Shown piece by piece: positions 55,193-64,000 of a DNA stretch of 64,000 nucleotides. Source of the stretch: Spirogloea muscicola. Lineage: Eukaryota. Location of the stretch: assembly GCA_009602725.1 (NCBI GenBank), contig WELB01000026.1, positions 619,580-683,579 on the forward strand, given 5' to 3'. Below the pieces are notes generated by a model. That model worked only from the letters and a program-made list of their open reading frames with translations. It was not told where the DNA came from and did no database searches. Positions within the stretch are counted from its first letter, which is position 1. Each line of letters starts with the position of its first letter. Both the position numbers and the translations under genes were made by a program.

Positions 55193-57690
55193 ATGGCTCT
55201 GGCAGCCGCCCTTGCGGCAGCCGCTCGGCAGCTCAGACGATCCACTGCTGCCGTCTCGAGGCCGTCCCTCTGGAGCTCCATTGACGGCGCCCCTTGTGGA
55301 AGCCCCGTCCAGCGACTCTCCACCGCTGCTTCTGTGCACACGCCGCCAGGTGAGACTACTGCCGCAGCGACATCCGGGCGCGTGTCTCAGGCAAGCTGGG
55401 TCAGCGATGCTTCCTGCGGCCTCCGCTGGCCCTTGCGGCGGGCGGGAGCACGGTGAGCACTATGAGGGGTCCAGCTTAGAGCTTCACAGATGGCCGCCGA
55501 GCCTGGCCGAGCTGCTCGACGACCAACATCAGCAGCAAGAGGCACTGCGGAGCAGGTTGACGGGTCCGTCTGTGGAGTTACGTCAGCATGGGTTGAGGGT
55601 GTAGCGTGAGCTACTTACGTGTTGTGGATGACAGAGCGCCCACCACAGACAAATGAGCTGAGGCGACAGCGAGCCTGTGCCTTGTGTCGTCCCCTTGTTC
55701 AGCCCCCACCTGTGCTACTTTAGTTCACAGCTTATGACAGGCAAAATTGCGCTTGTAACCCACAGAAACACTGGTGGGTGCGGTACCAGGCGCAGAGAGG
55801 CGGCCTCCTGGGTGGTCCATCCTTGTGCTGCTCCTGCCCCCTGCTGCTGCGTTCGGCCTTGGCACGTGGCAGCTTAAGCGGCGGCAGCAGAAGGTCTTGC
55901 CTCTCCTGAACCTCAACGACCTCAGTCCATTAGAGCTCTGCTTTGTGACAGCCGTCTACTCGATTGTTCTTGTATGCCACTCTGGAAATTTCAGCCAACG
56001 TAGTGCAGAGGTTGTGCTTATGTATGTAGTTGCTCCACAAAGTAAAGTGTGCAAAGGATCAAAAGCCGACATGCGGTGTTGGCTTGAGCAGCTTCGTTGG
56101 TCCAGTGCAAGGACTGCTCTTGCACTGAAGCTCCCGCTTTGCAGCAGTTTTTTTCCAAAAAGCTGCACGCAATCTGCTAGTGGAAGTCCAATATGATGCC
56201 TTCTTGATCCTAAAGCTGCAGTCAGAGATGTGCATTGCTTGAGCAGGTGGACCTTCTCCAGCAACGTGAGCAGCGGCTACAAGAGGAGCCAGTGCCCCTG
56301 ACTCTGGAGCTGAAGCTTGCTGCCAGCAGCAGCCAGCACGTGGGAGCCAGCCCATTTGAGTATCGGAGGGTGGTCTGCGAGGGCATGCTCGACGAGGCAC
56401 GATCACTGTTTGTCGGGCCACGGGGGCGCAGCGTCGGCGGCATCACCGAGAAGGGCTACTATCTCATCACGCCGGTCATCCCCGCCGCTGAAAACGGCCT
56501 GTGGTAGAAGCTCCAGGTCCTCAGCTCGCTTGCGGCGTGCAGCATCAAAGACTTCCGCAGTGCCGCCTAGACTTAAGCTCTGCAGGTCGATGTTGGTATG
56601 TGAACGATGGGGATGACTTTAGGGATTAGTTTGATGTGTAACCCAACAGCCATGACCACTGTTTTCAATGGCGGTGCAGCTCGCGGCCACCGGTCCTCGT
56701 CAACAGGGGCTGGGTGACTGAGGCATGGAGGAGGGAGCATGACCACAACCAGGGCGTCGATCAAGATGCGGCCGTGCCGGGGCGCACCTTGACGGCCAGT
56801 CCATCGGGCTCTGTCTCTGTTGTTAAAGGCGATAATGGGCACCAAAGGAGCTGGTGGCACTTCTGGAGCAGCGGACATGAAGCTACAAGCGCTGCGGTGG
56901 AGGTGTGTGCCCACTGTAGCAGCAAAGCCGGTGGCAGGCATTGACAGCCCGCTGCACACGGAGAAACCACTGCGAAAGAAGTTTTGTGGTAACACGACAA
57001 TGGGTTGTGCTGGCTGGGCAGGGCACGGCACCGCCACCTGTGACGAGGATCTGTGGCATTGTACGCTCGAGCGAGCAGCCGAGCGCCTTTGTGCCGGCAA
57101 ATGTGCCGACCGCCGGGCAGTGGTTCTATTTGGACGTACCTGCCATGGCAGCCGCCTGCGGCCTGCCACCGGGCACGCTACTAGTGGACGCAATCAGAGA
57201 TGGTGGCGCCTTGGAGGCGACGTTGCAAGGGTCGCCGATTCCCAAGGACCCATCGGAGCTCGTTCGGCAGTCTGTGATGCCACAGGACCATCTCAACTAT
57301 ACTCTCACCTGGTAGGACAACGGCGGTGCATCACATAATAGAGTCGTCAAAGCTTGCTTATATGTAAGCCGTGGCCCGCCTCAGTGAATTCAGGAAGTGA
57401 TTTGAGCGTGGCCTCTCCATCTCACACTACCTGCCTTCCTTTACTTAATCGCTAGCACAGTGGTTGTAGTTGGACACTGCTTGGAGTTGGACTGGTATTG
57501 CATAGGATGTCGAATCCAAGACCCTTTACGCATGGGCCATGGTTCAGCCGTATCTGAGAAAGTCATGTGTATGAGCCTTTCCTTGAGAATGCACAGGTAC
57601 ACTCTCTCAGCAGCCACGGCCTACATTGCATATCGGCGGCTACATATGGTGCGGGCGCCCATGATGACCAAGGGAAAGCGACAGCAATGA
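55193..57690 (+). CDS. SURF1: SURF1/Shy1 cytochrome c oxidase assembly factor with putative mitochondrial transit peptide
   Basis: MALAAALAAAARQLRRS; AFGLGTWQLKRR; FEYRRV; FVGPR; GYYLITP; VLVNRGWV; EQPSAFVPAN...QWFYLDVPAMA; HLNYTLTW|YTLSAA. Confidence 0.95.
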
Positions 57691-59049
57691 GCTCGGCTGC
57701 ATCCACGTACTTATGGGAGGAGATGCTTACATGTCTATGTTCTCTTCAATGTCATACCAGCACACCAGATGCTTAGGCCCCTGATGGCTGCATCGGCCAC
57801 CGTGAGCTTGTCAACAATGCCCGCTCGTTCTGGAAAGAAAATTTCTTCTTGGCACCAGCTGTAATAAGCAGCAGGCGGTTTGCTTCTGCATGCCTGTAAA
57901 GGGGGCAGCAGCAATTATGCAACCTCAGTATTGTTCTGCCTCAGTGGCTCACGCTTACAGATTGCTTGTGTTGGCTAGAAGGCATAAGATACCAGATGCT
58001 TGCTGCAATCTGGCATAGCCTGTGACTGCCATCCTGACATGTTATCAGCCAGCCACATTCCCAAGTTGGAGCCAAAGGCAGGAGGGCCCTCTAGCGTACA
58101 CCAACCCACTGGGAAAGATGTGGTAAAGGTGAACAATGTATTCTGTTGGCCTGCCAGACTGTTGTTGGCCCAGGCGAGCATTGGCAGGCTCCATGGTCTT
58201 GTATGTATGTGTTGTTGCCTTCTCAGTCTACCTTGCGCGTCATAGTATCAAGGAGGCTAGGGAGTGGTGCCTAAAGCCTGGCTTCAGTTGAAGGATTGTC
58301 GCAGTATGAGGGATGTTGCAGCTAGAATGCTGTAGGGGACATATTAGCGTTCTGAACGCTCGTGCAATTACTATGGACATTTATGAATGACAGTGCCTTG
58401 CAAGGACTGATTCTTAGCAGTTAGTCCCATAGCCAGGGAACGCCTCACTCAGCTAGGGAATGCCCCCAGCTTTATCAGGCCAAGTACTGCGAGGAGGCCA
58501 GTGATTACGGCCTCAAGTGAAGGACGGCGTCAGATAAGTTATGGTCGCTGCAATCATTCTGTGATGGCCTTGTCGTCCAATAGTAGCCTCTGCACTTCAT
58601 ACTACTGCTGTTGTACTTTGATGAAGCGGATTGTCAGACATAAGTTGGTGGTACTAGCATCTTCTAATTGTTCCTGACATGCAAGCAGGAAATGCACTTA
58701 AGCTTGCAATGCGATGATGTGCTCTTGTAGTGGAAAACTGCATGCCAAATATGGCCGGCACAGAAAACTACTTCAAATTACCGTGTTGAAGTAACCATTG
58801 TTAACCTTGGAGGCTTCACGGCCTTCGAGAAGCACCTCACCTCGTGTAAAAAGGTCACCTCTCATTAGCAGGGTTGAGTAGGAAACTTTTAGCTGTGCCA
58901 GAGGTACACTGAAGCTGATGGACATCACAAAGCGGCATAAAGGGCCATGCGGCACCACTTACAAGGGTGTACTGCTGCTGGCAAGCGCAGCGCCCAGGAA
59001 GGGCAACGGCAAGGGCCTAATGTGCCGATTGGTGGTAGCTGCTGCAGGC

Positions 59050-59135
59050 AGGCTTTGCAGAAGAAGTGGCTCTCCCAATGGGGGCAAGGGCTGTGAGAAG
59101 CCAGCCCGAAAAGAATTGACAAATTTGCAGAGGCT
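59050..59135 (-). repeat. Dispersed ~90-bp repeat copy (left arm of an inverted pair)
   Basis: Minus strand: tttgtcaattcttttcgggctggcttctcacagcccttgcccccattgggagagccacttct. Confidence 0.85.
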
Positions 59136-59319
59136 GCAGCGGTAGAGCTGATGTCAATTTGTGGCTTTCACGAGGTGTCATATGCACTGCGCGAGGGTAC
59201 CATCCTTCGAGGTCTTCTGTGTTTCAGAGCTTTCCGGCTTCCAGGAGCCTAGCTTCTCTGACCTGAGGCTGCTTAGCAGGGGTTACTGAGTAACACGTAG
59301 CTGCTTTGTTTCTTGTTGT

Positions 59320-59515
59320 GCTTGCTTTTCTTAGCGCTTCCCCTAGCCCCCTTCCTTTGCCAGCCCCTCTTCTCTATGGGCGAGCACTTTCTTGCTTGCT
59401 TTTCCAGCCCATATCCCCAAATGGGCGAGCCCTTTCTTTCCGGCTTCGGACCTTGTCCGTTCTTTCGTGCTGGCTTCTTCAGCCCTCGCCCCCGTTGGAT
59501 GAGCTTACTTCCCGC
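59320..59515 (+). repeat. Dispersed repeat, degenerate tandem copies (right arm, opposite orientation)
   Basis: cttcggaccttgtccgttctttcgtgctggcttcttcagccctcgcccccgttggatgagcttacttc, preceded by two weaker ...ccagccc...atgggcgagc.cttt units. Confidence 0.75.
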
Positions 59516-59667
59516 TTGCTGTTCGGTATTCGGGCGTCAGTTAGCGACGTCTACGTGCAGCACGGGTCCCCACTTGTTGCGCCGCGGCGTCGAGCCCGGC
59601 GCCTCACCTTGCGCTCGCCTGCAGACCAGGCAGCTCCAGCAGTCCGCCGCAAGCGGCGCCAGCGACC

Positions 59668-62073
59668 ATGGCGGCGGCGGGCGGCGGCGACGGCCGCGGC
59701 GGCGCGGAGGCGTGGCTGCGGGGCCGGCTGCTGGCGCTGGCGGAGGCCGGTGGCGGCGGCGGGCTGGACACCGACATGGCCGGCAGCCTGGCGGCCTACT
59801 GCGCCGCCGCCACGCCCGAGCAGGCCGCCGAGTACCTCCTGGTGAGCTCCCCCAACCGCTCCACTTCCCTCGCCGCGGTGCCACCGGGCGGAATCGAACC
59901 CTGGTGCTCAGATTCCAAAAGTCGAGTCCAAGCACAAGCGACCGCAGCTGCGTCGCCTGTAGTCGTGGATGGTCTCTTCCAGTTCACATTCCTGCCACCT
60001 GAGATCGATTCTCTGAACCCAACTTACCTCGTGGCAAATCTTGACCTCGGAAGCACTGGCGGCACTGCTGGGCCCCCCGCAGAACATCGTTGGGGACAGC
60101 GACGCGACGCGGGCGATCACCGCCGAGTACGCCGCCAATTGGGCGCCGGCGTCTGCGCCCAGTGGCGGCGCCAGTGGCGGCGGCAACGGCAGCAGGATGC
60201 GTGCGTACGTCAAGCCCCGTGAGGAGGGCGACTACATGGTCGCAGGGCGCAAGGCTCGGGACAGCTCCAGCGGCACTGGCGTCAAGGCGACGGTGCCGCC
60301 GCTGGTGATAGCCGGCGCTGGCGCAGCTAGCGGCAGCGCGAAGAAGACCCGCAGAGGCCGCGCTGTAGAGCTGGCGGAGCTGGGCGCCGGCCGCGCGCTG
60401 CTGCCGCGCCACGGCCCCTGCGAGTGCCAGGCATCGCGACACCGCCTGGTCGCCAATTGCCTCTCCTGCGGCCGTATAGTGTGTGAGCAGGTCGAGCTCC
60501 ACCCCCCCATCTCCTCTTGGCGTCAACCAGGACGGTCTGACGCCAGAAGGAAACCTAAACCCTAAGCCCTAAACCCCTAACCCCTAAAAGCCAAACCCAA
60601 AACCTTTGAGCCTGACTTTGATCCATACTGGGAGTAATGCAGAGCTCCACCGAAATGAAGCATGCTATCTGATTGTCTTTACGGCAGGAGGGCGAGGGCC
60701 CCTGCGAAACGTGTGGCGCGCTGGTGCTGCGTGATGGCAGTAGCTATGCTGGGTTGGATGAGCAGGCGCTCCTGCCCCCGGAGCTTGCAAATGAGGCAGA
60801 GGCCAAGGCAGTTGCCTTCAAGGTCGGGCTCTGTTGAGAAGTTGAGCGGCTCTCAGATAACATGAACGCATTGACATGTCTGTGAGGTTGATTACCATCT
60901 TCAAGTTGCAGCATGTCCACATCGATCACCCAGCACGCAGTGGATGTGGTTTGTAGCTTAATGGTTATATGGACCTGAAGTGGATGCCTTTGATACTATA
61001 TGGAGATAAATGGACACTTCTAGCGCAAAGCTTAAAATAGCAGCTCCAGATCTCATCTTAACGAGGATTTTGTGGCTTGTGGTCTACAGGATCGCCTAGT
61101 GGAGTATGACCGGACTGCGGCAAGGAGGACTGAAGTCATTGACGACCAGAGTGACTATTTCCAGATTGACAGCAACGCCTGGCTAAGTGAGGAGGTAAGG
61201 CAGCCCGACTCTCCAGCATGCTGCATCTCACAAGGGCTCCAGTAGAGGTTTGGATGTCACTGCCATACTTGGCTGGCAATTTGATTAAGTAGCCACAGCC
61301 TGGCCTCAAGCCTTTTGCAATCACCCTTGTATCACGAGTGCAGGAGAAGCTGCAGCTCCAGAAGCGCCAGGAAGACATGGAGCGCACTACGGAGGAGCGC
61401 AAGAAGCGCGTTGTTGTTACATTTGATCTCCTCGGACGGAAGGTGCTGTTTCCATGCTCAACAGAGCAGTGTGTGCATAGGCTCCATCTTCAGAGTCTAG
61501 CACCGCGTATCTGTGATGGCGTGTCTCCCCTGCTTGTGGAAAGGCCTTTGGCTGTAGCGAGTCAGGGGTTGCAAGTTTCACCATTGAGGTGTACAATGAA
61601 GATCTTGTAAATGCTACACTTCTTCTGGCATTGACATGGACTTGACATTACTGCAGTATTTGCATGATCAGCAAGAAGTGAGAAATATGGCTTCTGCTCT
61701 GCATGCGTGCCAGGTTGTGATGGCGGAATCTGAGCAACTGGGCGACGTAGCAGAAGAGGCGGCCCTGCTCAGCACAAGCACATCCAGCGGCGCCACTCAG
61801 GATCTCAGCATGCGAGTGAAGCCGAGCTCAAGCCTCTGCATTCCACCTCCCATTTTCGTAGACGTGAAAGCTTTGGGCAAGTCTCATATACAGACCACCA
61901 AGGCTGAAGGTGCGGTCAAGAGCAGCGGTGCTGCTTCAGGGGTTGGGCGGGGCCCATCAAAAGCATCGTGGATGCGGGTTCAGCACGATGACCCCTTTGT
62001 GGAAGCAGTGGGTGTGATTTCACAGGAGGCCAGCCTTAGCAAAGTAGCAGGTGCTACTGCAGCCGAGGCATGA
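59668..62073 (+). CDS. TRIP4: Activating signal cointegrator 1-like (ASC-1/TRIP4/Rqt4), C2HC5 zinc finger
   Basis: LAAYC...AAEYLL|NIVG; PCECQASRHRLVANCLSCGRIVCEQ|EGEGPCETCG; K|DRLVEYDRTAARRTEVIDDQSDYF...NAWLSEE; VVVTFDLLGRK. Confidence 0.93.
60551..60606 (-). repeat. Degenerate telomere-like tract inside ASC-1 intron 2
   Basis: aaacctaaaccctaagccctaaacccctaacccctaaaagccaaacccaaaacc. Confidence 0.8.
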
Positions 62074-63747
62074 GAGGTGAACCTTTGCTGGGCAGCTGAA
62101 GATTGGTTGCACAGCCAGCGGGTTGCATACGTCTTTGGAGCAGGTCACTTCTGGACTAACGTACGTAAGAATTTATATGCTGGAACTTCGTCAAGAAGCT
62201 TCAGTCCTTCACTTGAGGTTCACTGCCAAGAAACCCTTCTCAACTGCCTTCCGCATGGCAAGAAGTTGTAGATGCCTCCTCGACTGTCGCGCGAGACCAA
62301 AGTTTGGCTCATTGCTGGATGAGTCGTGTTTGCTCGTGCAAAATTACCAAGGAAGGAATCTACCTCACGACCATTAGTTGCTGTTGTCTATGTATTGCAG
62401 GTTGCGCGATGTGATGAAACTGTTGACGTGCTTGGCCTTGTTGACGTGCTTGGCCTCTCAATGTGTTGTTGTGAGCTTGACCATAATCGGCTTGGAGGCT
62501 CATCTGGTGGGACATCACATTAGCAAAGGCGAGGCTCGCGAAGTGATCTAGCATTTTTGAGAATCCTCCCCGCCGCCATTTGCGACCATACCAGCAAAGG
62601 CTGTGAAGGTGCGGGCACCACCTGCTGGACTAGTCAAGAAGAGTGGATGGCAGGCAGGCAAAAGGCGGATGAGTGATCTCCATAGCTGAAATATACAGGA
62701 AACAATCTGATGGAGAAGCGGTGGGATGATGGACATTTGAGGTCTAGTATGGATCAGGGACTATGGCCTTATTGTTCATGTCCTTCACTTGGTGGCTGGG
62801 TGAGGAGAACATGTTGCACAAAGAAGGCGCCAACAAGAGAAAGGACGCCCCAATTTGGAAGCGGGAGCAGCACCTCACGCTAATTATGTATAGGTATCAC
62901 TTCGTGATGCTGTCCTCTACCACCATCATTTTCCTGCTCAACAATCTCTTCGAACGTACTTCACACGCATGACTCCCTTGGAGGAGGTCCGCATCCCTTT
63001 GCCCACCCTTACAGCTGCAGGCTCCGACCACGATCACACAATCATGTCAGCCCAGCGTAGGGCAACTGAAGGCGCCAGATCTGGCCGCAGCGCACAATGT
63101 TGGAAGGTGGGATTATATAGTGGGGTCTTGAGAGACAGAGAGCGGTGTTCTCACGGACGAGGAGCTGGGACGCGGGGACACAAGGAATTGCTCCTTGGTA
63201 GGAGACGGTGGGTCTGAGAGGAAGTCCCAGGAGTGGGAAACCAGCGGCAGTAATCGGGGCTAAACCGGGTTACCATCGATACGCTATATGTACCTGCGGG
63301 ATGACCGGGTTACCGTGGATAAGCTGGATTAGCGCGGAAGTAGTCAACAAATCATTCTACACGTGATCAACAGAGTAAAACCAACAAGTGTAAAAGGAGA
63401 CTTGGCGATATTTAGATGATAGACTCTGCAGAATATATAGAGCACAGAAGGAATGGCAAATATATTTATCTGATAATTAGAGCACAGCTGGCGAATATAA
63501 TGTCTATTCCCATTAGGATTCGGGATCGACTACTATGCAGAATCTGCATGGAATAGATCAGAATGGCGTCAATTCGGAATACGCATAGCGATGCTTCCTC
63601 TGTTGAAGGGAAAAAGGCATAGTGGTATACCAGCTTGCAGCAGCATTGTCATTGACACTTTTCCCAAAGGTAGGAAATATTCGGAAGCTGATGGGGATTG
63701 CTCTGCTCTGATATATACAGACATATATACAGACCGGGGAGAACCAG

Positions 63748-64000
63748 ATGGCTTCTATCGAGGCCGAGGAGGCACCAGTACGGGAGATAACACACTCCGC
63801 ATGCCCATCCTCCAGCAAGAGGAGCCTGGCAGTTTCAGGCGTGGTGGACAACCACGTACCACCAAGAACAGCACGACTTATCCAGCCGATACCTTCTGCA
63901 GGGCTCTCCAATGTGGCTTTGGAGGAGATGGAGGTGGATCGGAGTATTGATTTTATCAAGGCTTCCGGGCTGTGTTTTCCCTTGGTCGCCCACATGCGTG
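63748..64000 (+). CDS. Possible start of an unidentified ORF running off the window
   Basis: An ATG at 63748 opens MASIEAEEAPVREITHS...EEMEVDRSIDFIKASGLCFPLVAHMR with no stop before the window end. No recognisable motif. Confidence 0.2.
   Translation, partial: MASIEAEEAPVREITHSACPSSSKRSLAVSGVVDNHVPPRTARLIQPIPSAGLSNVALEEMEVDRSIDFIKASGLCFPLVAHMR

Overview
Eukaryotic nuclear DNA, GC-rich and intron-dense. It most resembles a streptophyte (charophyte-grade) green alga; this is inferred from plant-type genes, two pectin methylesterases and TTTAGGG-like repeats. I reconstructed about 14 protein genes by hand: OPA3, two PME paralogs, SEC10, a Lys-rich possible Pol I A14-like protein, TFIIA-L, a stand-alone VLRF1/Vms1-type protein, NBP35, FAM133-like, TVP38/VTT, an EF-hand/TPR/ZZ protein, RNPC3, SURF1 and ASC-1/TRIP4. 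Intergenic DNA holds 5'-truncated CRE-type RLE non-LTR retrotransposon relics, a recurrent ~90-bp dispersed non-coding repeat (about 9 copies) and short degenerate telomere-like tracts. Most notable are (i) the VLRF1 gene, which the ORF track does not show and which has a Bacteroidetes-like RAKQGKSQ motif, (ii) the dispersed repeat and its link to the retroelement relics, (iii) an apparent excess of GC-AG introns, and (iv) compensated frameshifts in one PME paralog. N-gaps and poly-T runs hide several 5' gene ends. Exon boundaries are manual and approximate, and family assignments come from recalled motifs, not database searches.
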